From positions 1-45,812 of IMG/VR virus record IMGVR_UViG_3300020045_003231: a stretch of DNA of 45,812 bases, one strand, 5' to 3'. A model generated the notes under the pieces. The model was not told the origin of the DNA and made no database searches. It was given only the letters and a program-made list of their open reading frames with translations. Positions 17,678-27,390 of the stretch are shown in pieces; positions within the stretch are counted from its first letter, which is position 1, and every line of letters begins with the position of its first letter. This DNA is from a virus (lineage: Duplodnaviria > Caudoviricetes). A program made the position numbers and the translations under genes.

Positions 17678-18330
17678 TGTACGGCATCCTATTTGACGTT
17701 GGGCAGTCCAATACCACTTTCGAGGCGGCTCTAGCATCTATTGACCTGGACGTGACGATTGATGAGGGTCACGAATGGGGCAATGACATCACCAGCAGTC
17801 CTGTCGAATCTGGCGCGCCGATCACGGATCATATCCAGCCGCTCAACGATAAATTGAGCATTACGGGCATGGTGAGCAACGCCTCGCTGTCGGACGCCGT
17901 GTTGCAGGCTATGGACGTTGACACAGACCGCGTGCAGACCACATTCGATGCACTGCGGCAGATCAAGGAAGATCGCACGCTGGTGACCGTCTATACGCGT
18001 TATCAGGTGTACACGGACATGGCGATAGGCCGGATTACGATCCCTCGCAGCAACCAAGTTGGCGAAGCGATCCAGTTCAGCGTTGAATTCCAAAAGGTAC
18101 GCATTGTAGATACGCAAACTGTCGATGTTCCAGACGGAATCAGCCGGAAGTTGGACAAGAAGGCTGGCGGCGCAGTGGCAAAACAATCGCAGCCGCAGAA
18201 GAAAGCCGGCGCGGTGGCCACTGGTGGAACCCAGGATAACGGCAGCATTCTTTCTGGCATCGGGCCTAAGCTGATCGACAAGGCGAAAAGCGCCATCGAA
18301 TCTATTTCAAGCGGGATTAGTGGCATATGA
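17677..18330 (+). CDS. Baseplate/tube-initiator-like protein
   Basis: E.H...ITSSPVESGAPITDH, VTVYT...YTDMAI motifs; follows TMP. Confidence 0.75.
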   Translation: MYGILFDVGQSNTTFEAALASIDLDVTIDEGHEWGNDITSSPVESGAPITDHIQPLNDKLSITGMVSNASLSDAVLQAMDVDTDRVQTTFDALRQIKEDRTLVTVYTRYQVYTDMAIGRITIPRSNQVGEAIQFSVEFQKVRIVDTQTVDVPDGISRKLDKKAGGAVAKQSQPQKKAGAVATGGTQDNGSILSGIGPKLIDKAKSAIESISSGISGI

Positions 18331-18686
18331 CGATTTTCTACGAGATTCCATTGATCGCGGGCTTCTCCGACCAAACGGCAGATATCACGCTGGACGATCT
18401 GCCGTACACCATCCGCGTGCTGTGGAATGAGCGCTTCGGCTATTGGTCTTTGTCGATCAATGAGCGTGACGGCGAGCCTATTCTCACCAACATCAAGATG
18501 GTTGCCATGTATCCGCTGGTGAAGCGCTACAAGCGCCTCAAGATGCGTGGCGAACTCTATTTTGTGCACCGTGGCGGCAAGACGTACCGCCCTGGCTTCG
18601 ATGACGTGGGCGGGGAATACGGCCTGTTCTATTATTGGGATGAGGTTGCGCCGTCATATCCTAAGCCAATCGCGCCGAGGGTCTAG
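18327..18686 (+). CDS. Small baseplate protein
   Basis: EIPL...ITLD...Y.IR..WNER..YW.LSI; typical position. Confidence 0.7.
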   Translation: MTIFYEIPLIAGFSDQTADITLDDLPYTIRVLWNERFGYWSLSINERDGEPILTNIKMVAMYPLVKRYKRLKMRGELYFVHRGGKTYRPGFDDVGGEYGLFYYWDEVAPSYPKPIAPRV

Positions 18687-18689
18687 AGC

Positions 18690-19418
18690 ATGGAGCTATA
18701 CAAAATAAACTTTCCAAATGGCAAAATCTATATAGGAATAACAAGAAAAACAGCTGAATACAGATTAAAACGTCATTATAAGGTCCCAGAAAAAGATCGC
18801 CAACCATGTCAAAGAGCATTGCATAAATATGGATTAGAAAGCATACGCATAGAAAAGTTGGCAACATGTGATGAATGGGAATTACTGTGCCTTTCTGAGC
18901 GCGAAGCAATTGAAAAGTACGATACTTTGTATCCTAATGGATACAACATGACACTAGGTGGCGAGGGTACTTTAAAAACTAATCTTACTGGTGAGGCATG
19001 GGAAAAAAGAGAGCGTGAGAGAATCTCTGTGTACAGTAAAGCTCGGAGGGAATCAGATCCAGATGCGGCGAAAGAGAGGGATAGAGTTTCTAGAGAAAAA
19101 TACAAAGAAAAAAATAAGGCGAAGCGCTTGCAAGATAGCGATAAAATAAAGGAAAAAGCAAAGCTATACAGGCTGAAAAACAAAGAAAAAACTATTGAAT
19201 ACTCTGTTAAAACAAAAGATACAAGGGCAATCTGCAAAGCAGAATACTATTCTAAAAATAAAGAAAAACTGAAGCAGAAGTCCTCAAAATACTACGAAGA
19301 AAATAAAGAAAAATGCATTGAGAGAATGAAAAATAGGTTGCTTCTGCATAGAGATAAAATCAATGCTGCGCGAAGAGTTAGAAGAAAGCAATTAAAGGAG
19401 CAAAAAAATGCTTTTTGA
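18690..19418 (+). CDS. Free-standing GIY-YIG homing endonuclease
   Basis: LYKI...GKIYIGIT...R, E..AIEKY.T..PNGYNMT.GGEG; strongly AT-rich. Confidence 0.88.
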   Translation: MELYKINFPNGKIYIGITRKTAEYRLKRHYKVPEKDRQPCQRALHKYGLESIRIEKLATCDEWELLCLSEREAIEKYDTLYPNGYNMTLGGEGTLKTNLTGEAWEKRERERISVYSKARRESDPDAAKERDRVSREKYKEKNKAKRLQDSDKIKEKAKLYRLKNKEKTIEYSVKTKDTRAICKAEYYSKNKEKLKQKSSKYYEENKEKCIERMKNRLLLHRDKINAARRVRRKQLKEQKNAF

Positions 19419-20334
19419 TAGGGTCGCTCAGTTAATCGTAGGCCAGTCCGGCAAGCAAGGCATCCTCATCAAGGATCTGCGCTTTACGTTCAACATCGAA
19501 AAGACGGCATCGGAGACGCTCAACAAATCGACGGTGCGCATCTACAACCTGAATCCGGATAGCCGCAAGCTGGTGGAGACGCCGAACAACGCCGTGATCC
19601 TCAAGGCCGGCTATGCGCAGGACATCGGCGCCCTGACGATCTTCGTTGGCATCGTGCGCCGCAGTCTCACCGTGCGCGAGGGTTGCGACTGGATTACGGA
19701 ACTTGAGTTGGATGATGGCTTGATAGCCTACCGCGATTCCAAATTCAGCCTGAGCTTTGCGCCTGGCGTAGCCGGTATTGATGTGCTCAAGGCTGTGGCG
19801 AGTAAGTTTGGGCTGCCTGTATGCCCTCTTCCTGCCGATATCGTCGCCAAGGCATATCCCACTGGATTTTCTTTCGTTGGCAAGGCCAGGGAGGCCATGG
19901 CACGCGTATGCGCCTATCTCGGTCTGGAGTGGAGCATACAGAATCAAGAAATACAGATCATCAAGAAAGGTGGCCACGTCAAGCGCACGGCCATCGTGAT
20001 ATCGCCGGAATCCGGAATGATCGGCTCGCCCGCGCTTGAAGCAAAGACGATGGGCGAAAAGGCCGCCGCCGCCCAAGGCATCACGACCAACAGTGCCGGC
20101 GTCGTTAAGAAGCAATCGGACAAGAAGCTTGCAAGCGGCAAGGAGCCGAAAGAGCGCCTGGAGATTCAAGGCTACCGCGTGCGCAGCTTGTTGCAGCCGA
20201 CATTGCTCCCTGGTGGTGTCGTTCAGATCAAAAGCGCTGGCATTGATAATTTCTTCAAGATTGAAAAAATAACGCATACTGGCGATACGCAGGGGAAAGA
20301 ATGGCATTCCGAAGCAAGTGTTCGTTTTATATAG
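19408..20334 (+). CDS. Baseplate hub protein
   Basis: LRFTFNIEK, IYNL, LKAGY...IF.G, WSIQN, GMIGSP, H.GDT.G.EW. Confidence 0.85.
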   Translation: MLFDRVAQLIVGQSGKQGILIKDLRFTFNIEKTASETLNKSTVRIYNLNPDSRKLVETPNNAVILKAGYAQDIGALTIFVGIVRRSLTVREGCDWITELELDDGLIAYRDSKFSLSFAPGVAGIDVLKAVASKFGLPVCPLPADIVAKAYPTGFSFVGKAREAMARVCAYLGLEWSIQNQEIQIIKKGGHVKRTAIVISPESGMIGSPALEAKTMGEKAAAAQGITTNSAGVVKKQSDKKLASGKEPKERLEIQGYRVRSLLQPTLLPGGVVQIKSAGIDNFFKIEKITHTGDTQGKEWHSEASVRFI

Positions 20335-20340
20335 GGTTAT

Positions 20341-21024
20341 ATGGCTGAGCAAACAGACGATTTCATGAGCAGCATTCGTGCGCTGATCAATGCCCAAATG
20401 CTCCAGATAAACACGTCTATCAATGGCGTGATTGTTGATTACGCTGGAGGTTTTGCCACAGTTAAGCCGACTGCATCCAAATCATTTGAAGATGGCGACA
20501 AGCTCGATTACCCCAATATTTACAAGGTTCCCGTTCGCTGGCCTAGCTTCAACGGCGGAAAGTGCGGCATCAAAGGGCCAGTGAAAGCGGGCGATCCTGT
20601 GCTGATCGTGTTTTCGCAGCAGGCGGCTGACGGATCGGACGACGATAGGCGCTTCGACCTCACCGACGCATATGCGGTGATCGTGGATAACTCGCAATCA
20701 GCGCTCGGCTCGAACAACGATGACATGGTGATGTGGTTCGGCGACGCCTATATCAAATTGACCGCTGCCGGCGCCCTGGAAATTAACGCGCCGGCCGGAA
20801 CCAAGACCATCGCGCCGATGAATATCTATACCGGAGCCGTGACAGTGCAAGGCGTATTTACATTCCTGGCCGGCATGATCGGCTCGACGGCAAGCGGAGT
20901 GGCCACAACGATCAACGGCGCTATCAATTTCATTGGCTCGCTGACCAGCAACGGTAAGAATATCTCGAACACGCATATCCATACAAATTCTGGCGGCACT
21001 GGCAATGGCGGCCCTGTAGCTTAA
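20341..21024 (+). CDS. Baseplate central spike (gpV/gp138-like)
   Basis: PVKAGD.VLIVFSQ, RRFDLTDA, C-terminal HIH metal motif. Confidence 0.88.
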   Translation: MAEQTDDFMSSIRALINAQMLQINTSINGVIVDYAGGFATVKPTASKSFEDGDKLDYPNIYKVPVRWPSFNGGKCGIKGPVKAGDPVLIVFSQQAADGSDDDRRFDLTDAYAVIVDNSQSALGSNNDDMVMWFGDAYIKLTAAGALEINAPAGTKTIAPMNIYTGAVTVQGVFTFLAGMIGSTASGVATTINGAINFIGSLTSNGKNISNTHIHTNSGGTGNGGPVA

Positions 21025-21039
21025 AGGTATAATCCACGC

Positions 21040-21399
21040 ATGACTAATTTAAACGACATTGGCATAGACGTGATTACCGGCGATCTTGAGATAGTCGGCC
21101 TGGATTTATACGTTATCAAGGGTGCGGATAGGGTTCGGCAGAATTTACAGATAAAACTGAAACTCTGGGTCGGAGAATATTTCTTAGATACCGAATTCGG
21201 AACGCCGTATCTTGAGTCGATTCTCGGCAAGCAAATCAGCTTATCCGGCGCCGTGGCAGCACTCAAGCGCTCCATTATGGAAGTCAATGACGTGAAAACG
21301 ATTACGTCATTCAATTATTCATTCGACCGGGCAGCGCGCGCCCTGACAGTCGATTTTGAAGTAAGCACAGATTATGGATTGATAAGGATGAGCGTATGA
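21040..21399 (+). CDS. Baseplate wedge protein (gp25/W-like)
   Basis: QNLQIKLKLWVGEYFLD..FG.PY; TATAAT 6 nt upstream of the ATG. Confidence 0.82.
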   Translation: MTNLNDIGIDVITGDLEIVGLDLYVIKGADRVRQNLQIKLKLWVGEYFLDTEFGTPYLESILGKQISLSGAVAALKRSIMEVNDVKTITSFNYSFDRAARALTVDFEVSTDYGLIRMSV

Positions 21400-22817
21400 G
21401 CCTGACAGAACAAGGATTTGAGCGCCCGCGCTTGCCGGAAATTAAGCAGCAATATGACGTGCTGGTAACGGATGCGCTCGGCCCTGTAAACACGAACCCT
21501 GACGCTGTTATAGGCTTGCTTGAAGGGATCTGGAGCGAGGGTATCGCCAACTGCTACGAGGCGCTGCAAGATACCTACGACTCCATGTATCCGAACACGG
21601 CCGAAGGCACGGCGCTGGATAACGCTGTGGCCTTCGTTGGTCTGGAGCGACTGGACGCGAGCGCCACGGTAACGACCGCCGCCGCGTATGGTGCCGAGGG
21701 AACACTCGTCCCAGCCGGAAGTATCGTCCACGCCGATATCGAATACTTCTCAACCAGCGATGTTGTGATCAGCCGCGCCAATGCCATTGATGTGACGCTG
21801 GAAGTGGGTACGGTGGCATCGCTGGGCGCCTATAACATGACCGTGGGCGGCACCAGCGTCACGTTCAACGCGGACGGCACGGCGACTGCCGCAGAGATTC
21901 TTGCTGGCCTAGCGGCTCTGCTCAACGCAGACCCCTTGGTGGCCACGGCGACGCCGACGCAATTGCGCATTTATGCGCTCGACGGCGTGTCGCCCTTCTC
22001 TGTGACGGCTGATGCAAAGCTCAACATCGTCAAGCGCGGTTCCCCTGTCGTGTTTGTGGCATCCGTGACTGGCGCATACGCCTCGCCGGCAGGTTCGCTG
22101 ATCAACATCGATACGCCAGTGCTAGGATGGGATTCGGTAAGCAACCTGGTTGACGGGGTGATAGGGCGCGATGTGGAAACCGATGTCGCACTTCGCTTGC
22201 GCCATGCGTCCAGCGTGCGAGCAACCGGTTCGGCCACCGTCGAATCGATCAAGGCCCGCATGTTGGCTGACGTGGACGGCGTGACATCGATTGATATCAC
22301 TGAGAACAGAACCAGCGTCACTAGCGCTGACGGCATTCCACCGCACGCATTCGAGTCGGTCATTGTCGGCGGCGTCAATCAAGACATCGCCAATGAACTT
22401 TGGCTTGTCAAGCCAGCTGGCATCGAGACTTACGGCAATGTCACGCTGACTGTGCAGGACAGCGCCGGAGACGCTCAGACCGTGAGTTTCAGCCGGCCAG
22501 TGTCGAAATACATCTGGATGAATATCGTTGTCTCACTCAATTCTGAGGAGCCACTTCCAGCAGGCGCGGCTGCGGCCATCAAGCAAGCGGTAGTCAACTA
22601 TGCCAATGCGAACCTTGGCCCGGGCGATGACGTGCTGTTGCAACGCTTCTACGGCCCGATCTACGCCTCCGTAACTGGAATTGGACAACTCACGATCACG
22701 GCAGGCTCCACCACAACGAGCGGCGGAACGCCTGTCTACTCTACCGCCAATATCGCTGTGGCCAGGGCCGAAGTGGCATTGTTCGATGTGTCGCGCATCA
22801 CCGTAACCGGGATCTGA
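21396..22817 (+). CDS. Baseplate J-like wedge protein
   Basis: AEGTALD, ETD..LR.R, GIPPHAFE..I.GG, KPAGIETYG, FSRP. Confidence 0.9.
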   Translation: MSLTEQGFERPRLPEIKQQYDVLVTDALGPVNTNPDAVIGLLEGIWSEGIANCYEALQDTYDSMYPNTAEGTALDNAVAFVGLERLDASATVTTAAAYGAEGTLVPAGSIVHADIEYFSTSDVVISRANAIDVTLEVGTVASLGAYNMTVGGTSVTFNADGTATAAEILAGLAALLNADPLVATATPTQLRIYALDGVSPFSVTADAKLNIVKRGSPVVFVASVTGAYASPAGSLINIDTPVLGWDSVSNLVDGVIGRDVETDVALRLRHASSVRATGSATVESIKARMLADVDGVTSIDITENRTSVTSADGIPPHAFESVIVGGVNQDIANELWLVKPAGIETYGNVTLTVQDSAGDAQTVSFSRPVSKYIWMNIVVSLNSEEPLPAGAAAAIKQAVVNYANANLGPGDDVLLQRFYGPIYASVTGIGQLTITAGSTTTSGGTPVYSTANIAVARAEVALFDVSRITVTGI

Positions 22818-22818
22818 T

Positions 22819-23553
22819 ATGGCGCTTGACTACGAGTCGATTGCAAAAGGTAGGCTGCCTAACCAGTTTATCGAGAAACCGCTAATACGAGCGCTGACAG
22901 GCGCCATGGTTGCGCCCCTGACTCTGGTTGAGCAACTGGCCGATGAGTTAAGGTCTGAACGCTGGATTGCTACGGCGGTTGGCGTACAGCTTGACGGCGC
23001 CGGCTATATCGTTGGCGAGCCACGCATGGGCCGAATGGATGAAGAGTACCGCGAAGCGATCCTTTTCCGGATCTTTATCAACACCTCCCAGGCAACGCCG
23101 GAAGACTTGATTAAAGCACTTCGCTTCCTTACCCATCCTGATGATATTCAATATATCGAGCAGTACCCCGCGACAGCAATTATGTTCACAGACGGCCCCG
23201 ATATACCGTCGAACATTCAAGAAGTAATTCAGGGGCTTTCTCCAGCAGCGATCAGCGATGTCCCAGTGCTGGTGACATATTCTCATGTTCCACCGTTTAG
23301 ATTCGGCATGTCGGCGCCGCCAGGGGAATTGTTTGTTAATTCCGATACGGCCTACCTGCAAGCAAATAGCTCCGATATTCAAGTTCAGGGCCAACCATCA
23401 GCCACAGGCGCTGACTTGGCCGGAGTGTCGCCAGGCGAACTAACAGCTGGCGGCATGTATATTGATGTTGGCGGCGCATATCTTGCGATAAATACTCAAA
23501 ACTTCAATGTTATAATCGAGTCCGGAACTCACCTTACTGGCATATTTTCATGA
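22819..23553 (+). CDS. Baseplate wedge protein (DUF2612-like)
   Basis: A.GVQLDGAGYIVGEPR...DEEYR.AI. Confidence 0.8.
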   Translation: MALDYESIAKGRLPNQFIEKPLIRALTGAMVAPLTLVEQLADELRSERWIATAVGVQLDGAGYIVGEPRMGRMDEEYREAILFRIFINTSQATPEDLIKALRFLTHPDDIQYIEQYPATAIMFTDGPDIPSNIQEVIQGLSPAAISDVPVLVTYSHVPPFRFGMSAPPGELFVNSDTAYLQANSSDIQVQGQPSATGADLAGVSPGELTAGGMYIDVGGAYLAINTQNFNVIIESGTHLTGIFS

Positions 23554-23993
23554 CCACATTTGCAGAAAATAACGTAAATTACGACGATGGCCAGGTTAAT
23601 AACGTGCAGCCGCCAGACTCGACAATGGCAAACGGGTTTATTCCGCAGACAGCTAGTAGTCGCGGCCAACCGCTGGCGGCCGGCTGGCTAAACTGGATTT
23701 TCCGAACAATTTTTCGCCAGATCAATCGTGACAAAGTTTCAGATGCATCTGGCGTAGGGTTGTTTCCTTATGCCGATAGCGCAATTCGGCTTGAAGCCAT
23801 CGACATGGCAGATGTTAATAAATACCTTGTCGCAATTGGATATAAGGGCGCAGCCGGCACGATTCATTCGCTTAAGGTTGTGTCTAGCGCCACACTGGCT
23901 CTCGGCACATCAACAGCAACGGGTAACCAGCCAATTACCGGCGGCGCCAATGTACGCGTTACCGCATATTCACGCACTATCGGAGATATTTAA
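23550..23993 (+). CDS. Tail fibre attachment/short fibre protein
   Basis: P......GF.P....GQP.AA.WLNWIF motif typical of fibre N-termini. Confidence 0.6.
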   Translation: MTTFAENNVNYDDGQVNNVQPPDSTMANGFIPQTASSRGQPLAAGWLNWIFRTIFRQINRDKVSDASGVGLFPYADSAIRLEAIDMADVNKYLVAIGYKGAAGTIHSLKVVSSATLALGTSTATGNQPITGGANVRVTAYSRTIGDI

Positions 23994-24871
23994 TGGCACT
24001 TACACCCTCACAAGAGTCGCAAGTTATCCAGCTGATTGCCCAAAATGCTGCTTTACTTTCGCTTGCTGGAAACGAAGCAACAATCACAAGTAAACTTGGC
24101 GCTACAAAAGTTAATCTTTCGCAGCTTGACCCTGCAAGCTCAATTGCGGATGACGATATATTCCTCGTCCGTCAAGGTGCCTTAGATAAGAGTGTAAGTG
24201 CTTTATTGGCAAGAGGTACGGGCCGGCTTATTGGGTTGCGAGTTTTTACGGCAACAGGCACTTACACGCCAACACCTGGAACTCAATCCGTTTACGTCGA
24301 GGCTGTCGGCGGCGGCGGGGCTGGAGGTGGCAGCTCTGCCACGGCCACTAATACTGTAAGTGCCGGCGGCGGCGGCGGGGCTGGGGGGCGTGCCGCCGCT
24401 CGGCTCACCACCGGTTTTTCTGGCTTGTTTATGTCAATTGGATCAGGCGGAACTGGCGTTGCTAATGCTGCTGGTGGCGCTGGTGGTCAAACTTCATTCG
24501 GTTCGTTGCTCATTGGTGGTGGTGGCAATGGCGCGCCACAGTCATCCGCCTCTATTCCCCCATTGTACTCGGCTGGTGGTAGCGGTGGCGCTGCGAGCGG
24601 AACGGCCGTGCAACTTGGGCAAAAAGGAGCTCCAGGCACGCTTAGTGCGCAATACGCCGCCAATATTAGCGTTTCTGGAATTGGCGGAAGCTCGAACTTT
24701 GGCGGCGGCGGTAATGCCTCAGGCGTGAACACGACAACTTCGGCGGCCGGCAATCCCGGCATCGGTGCGGGCAGTGGTGGAGGCGGTGCTGTTACTGCTG
24801 GCGCGAGTCAACCTGGGCAGCCGGGCGGTAACGGCGGTGCCGGAATGGTTCTGATTTATGAATACGCCTAA
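23993..24871 (+). CDS. Glycine-rich tail fibre/receptor-binding protein
   Basis: FTATGTYTPTPGT..V.VE.VGGGG.GG, many Gly runs, GG.G.V.IYEY terminus. Confidence 0.8.
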   Translation: MALTPSQESQVIQLIAQNAALLSLAGNEATITSKLGATKVNLSQLDPASSIADDDIFLVRQGALDKSVSALLARGTGRLIGLRVFTATGTYTPTPGTQSVYVEAVGGGGAGGGSSATATNTVSAGGGGGAGGRAAARLTTGFSGLFMSIGSGGTGVANAAGGAGGQTSFGSLLIGGGGNGAPQSSASIPPLYSAGGSGGAASGTAVQLGQKGAPGTLSAQYAANISVSGIGGSSNFGGGGNASGVNTTTSAAGNPGIGAGSGGGGAVTAGASQPGQPGGNGGAGMVLIYEYA

Positions 24872-24881
24872 GGAATTAAAA

Positions 24882-25073
24882 ATGGACTTTAATTTACGTT
24901 GGGCCGTGCTTGAAAACTTGGTCGTAATTAACATGATCATGTGGGAGGGCCAGGAAATAAGCCCTGTCGACTGGGCGTCAATGGGCTGGGAGGCCGTATT
25001 CCTTGGCGATCGCCCTGTCGATTACGGTTGGACCTACAGTCACGAAACCGGCGAATTTACGCCACCAAATTAA
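24882..25073 (+). CDS. Small fibre-associated/chaperone protein
   Basis: WAVLEN.VVINMIMW...GWTY...EFTPP; AAGGAA RBS before ATG 24882. Confidence 0.65.
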   Translation: MDFNLRWAVLENLVVINMIMWEGQEISPVDWASMGWEAVFLGDRPVDYGWTYSHETGEFTPPN

Positions 25074-25084
25074 GAAAGAATCAA

Positions 25085-25210
25085 ATGTGTAATAAAGAAA
25101 AAAATCCAATTGCTCCAGTGCCGCCAGCAAAAGATGGCGAATCATCCGCAACTACCAAGACAGGCGGCGGCAATCCGCCAAAGAAACCGCCAACGATTCG
25201 CCGTGCTTAA
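25085..25210 (+). CDS. 41-aa Pro/Gly/Lys-rich peptide
   Basis: MCNKEKNPIAPVPPAKDGESSATTKTGGGNPPKKPPTIRRA; fills the gap and overlaps the next GTG. Confidence 0.5.
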   Translation: MCNKEKNPIAPVPPAKDGESSATTKTGGGNPPKKPPTIRRA

Positions 25211-25592
25211 CGGCGCATTACTGTTGATGGCGATTGCGGCTAACTACCGCAATCTGAAAATGCTGGCCCTGACTCTATTTGTTGGCGCCAGCGTTTTTGT
25301 ACCTGTGCCTGATCACGATTATTATCTGTTTTACCAATTCTGCATGATGAGCGAGATTTGCGTCGCGCTACTCGCCTTCATGTTGCGCACGAATGCATCT
25401 ACCAGCATTATCATGTTGTGCGTTATCATGGTGGCCATACACGCCATCGGCATGAAAATGGACGGATACCCTCCGTTCAGTCCATATCGACTTTTCATGC
25501 CATTACTTGAACACGCCCAGCTAGTCGCGTGCCTGCTTTTATCAAATCCGTTGATTCGGAAACTGAGAAATCATGAACCGCCGACTATCTGA
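25203..25592 (+). CDS. Multi-pass membrane protein
   Basis: GTG at 25203 in the ORF-track frame; about 4 hydrophobic segments. Confidence 0.65.
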   Translation: MLNGALLLMAIAANYRNLKMLALTLFVGASVFVPVPDHDYYLFYQFCMMSEICVALLAFMLRTNASTSIIMLCVIMVAIHAIGMKMDGYPPFSPYRLFMPLLEHAQLVACLLLSNPLIRKLRNHEPPTI

Positions 25593-26001
25593 CCACGCTT
25601 TATCCCTCCTTCGCTTTTATATTGGTGGCAACGCTATTGTTGCTTGGTATAATGCCGTTAATGACTCGCGGTCACTGATTGCGCAAACGACAAATAATAG
25701 CGACGCGACAGTATTTATTTGGCTAATGCCGGTATTTGGTTTGTGCGTCGTAATTGACGTATTGATTAACGATGTGATGCCTAAGCGCTTTACTTGGCAA
25801 CGAGCCCTTAGCCATCGCCATTTGTTATTGATAGGTCTTGGCGTATGTTATTTTGCGCAACCGTTTGTCAGCTCGATGCTTCACAATGAATCGCCTTTGA
25901 GGTTGTATTACGCCTGGAACACATCGATTATCTGCTTGGCCTCGTTCCTTGATGCCAAAAAAAGATCAAGGGAAGCACAATGCGGAATCTACTGCAATTG
26001 A
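25573..26001 (+). CDS. Multi-pass membrane protein
   Basis: 142 aa with about 4 hydrophobic segments, overlapping both neighbours. Confidence 0.7.
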   Translation: MNRRLSDHALSLLRFYIGGNAIVAWYNAVNDSRSLIAQTTNNSDATVFIWLMPVFGLCVVIDVLINDVMPKRFTWQRALSHRHLLLIGLGVCYFAQPFVSSMLHNESPLRLYYAWNTSIICLASFLDAKKRSREAQCGIYCN

Positions 26002-26429
26002 AAAAAGCTCTATATGCCTGGTTCGGCGTCCTGTGGACTGCCACAGCATATGCAGCACAGAATAGCTTTACCGAAGGCATCGAAAGCATTCCTCTCAGGG
26101 CTATTGGATACGCTCTGATTCTTTCTTGTCTTGGCGGCCTTGCTGCCACTACGACAAAAATCACCAAAGCAGACGCAGTTATAAAAAATATCTGGATTGA
26201 GATATTCAAGGATATTCTTTGCTCAATCCTGGCTGGGACATTTATCTTTTGCCTCACATCATGGGCCGGCCTATCATTTTGGCTGCAAATCATTTTCATT
26301 TCGCTGGCCGGCTATTCAGGTTCTCGCCTTCTTGAACGTGGAATAGAGAACGGCTTGTTCCCATGGGTCGATAAAGTATTCGGCAATAGTTCAATTGCAC
26401 CAAAACAAACTGAGGAAACGCCTCCATGA
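25980..26429 (+). CDS. Putative holin
   Basis: Several TM segments, LGGLA...S.LAG...AGYSGSRLL pattern; directly before endolysin. Confidence 0.7.
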   Translation: MRNLLQLKKALYAWFGVLWTATAYAAQNSFTEGIESIPLRAIGYALILSCLGGLAATTTKITKADAVIKNIWIEIFKDILCSILAGTFIFCLTSWAGLSFWLQIIFISLAGYSGSRLLERGIENGLFPWVDKVFGNSSIAPKQTEETPP

Positions 26430-26857
26430 AAATATCCAAATCCGGCCTGGACATCATTAAATCATTCGAGGGCTTGCGTCTCAATGCGTACCTTGACACT
26501 GGCGGCGTTCCGACCATCGGTTACGGCCACACGCGCGGCGTCAAGATGGGCGACACCTGTACGGCAGCACAGGCTGAGGCATGGGCCATCGATGACACAG
26601 CAAGCGCTGTTGCAGCCATCAATGCGGCGCTCAAGGTTCCTGTCAGTCAGAACCAGTTTGATGCGCTCGTGTGCTTCACATACAACGTGGGCAATCAGGC
26701 ATTCCGCGACTCGACTCTGCTGCGCCTGCTCAACGCTGGCGACGTGGAAGGAGCTGCTAATCAGTTCCCGCGCTGGAACAAGGACAATGGCAACGTTGTG
26801 GCTGGCCTGACTCGGCGCCGGCTGGCCGAACAGACCTTGTTTCGCTCGAAGCTATGA
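26426..26857 (+). CDS. Endolysin, GH24 lysozyme
   Basis: IKSFEGLRL.AYLD.GGVPTIGYGHT (E-D-T triad), QNQFDAL, GL.RRR.AE. Confidence 0.95.
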   Translation: MKISKSGLDIIKSFEGLRLNAYLDTGGVPTIGYGHTRGVKMGDTCTAAQAEAWAIDDTASAVAAINAALKVPVSQNQFDALVCFTYNVGNQAFRDSTLLRLLNAGDVEGAANQFPRWNKDNGNVVAGLTRRRLAEQTLFRSKL

Positions 26858-27324
26858 CAGCATACGCCAAGCTCGCCATTGCCCTAGCTGTGCTGCTCGC
26901 CGGCTTCGCTGCTGGGTGGGTGACGCAGGGATTGCGCAAGGATGCTTCGATGGCTAAGTATGTTGCCGAACATACGGCAGCAGAAAACGCCGCAATCATC
27001 AAGCGCACGCAGGAAAACGCCGCGATTATCGATCAACAGACGGCTGTCAACGCTGTCATCACGAAAGCCAAAGATGAGGAAACTGCTCGCACTATTGCCG
27101 CTCTTAATCAGCGCTTGCGGCGCGGCGCCGGTATCTGTGCAGCCCCTGCCGGAACGCCCGTTGCCGAAAGCGCCAGCGGCAGTGATGGCGCCAGTTCCAC
27201 CGGAGGGCTATTTCGTGAAGACATTCAGCGAGATTTTGCAGCGGGAATAGCGGCTTGTGAGGGCGCTGCTGCCACCGCCAGGGCTGCGCAATCCTTTATC
27301 CGTGCCAATGGCCTAGAGCCATAG
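26854..27324 (+). CDS. i-spanin (Rz-like)
   Basis: N-terminal TM helix then Ala-rich helical region; follows endolysin. Confidence 0.8.
   Translation: MTAYAKLAIALAVLLAGFAAGWVTQGLRKDASMAKYVAEHTAAENAAIIKRTQENAAIIDQQTAVNAVITKAKDEETARTIAALNQRLRRGAGICAAPAGTPVAESASGSDGASSTGGLFREDIQRDFAAGIAACEGAAATARAAQSFIRANGLEP
27074..27250 (+). CDS. o-spanin (Rz1-like lipoprotein) embedded in Rz
   Basis: MRKLLALLPLLISA-C lipobox, Pro-rich mature part, +1 frame inside Rz. Confidence 0.8.
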   Translation: MRKLLALLPLLISACGAAPVSVQPLPERPLPKAPAAVMAPVPPEGYFVKTFSEILQRE

Positions 27325-27351
27325 GAAAAGCCCGACTAGCGGGCCTTTCCT
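27323..27351. terminator. Bidirectional terminator between late and early arms
   Basis: AGGAAA-a-GCCCG-actag-CGGGC-c-TTTCCT. Confidence 0.75.
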
Positions 27352-27390
27352 GCGACTTAGCGCGTATGCCAGCGGCGGGCCGGCGTCCGG

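Noticed and set aside
9292-17737. Long antisense ORFs opposite structural genes (e.g. 10337-11443, 13232-14095, 16403-17737)
   Set aside because: Shadow ORFs expected from GC-rich codon bias; no motifs or RBS
18686-19418. Group I intron around the GIY-YIG gene
   Set aside because: Flanking genes are intact and abut or overlap the ORF, leaving no room for intron core elements
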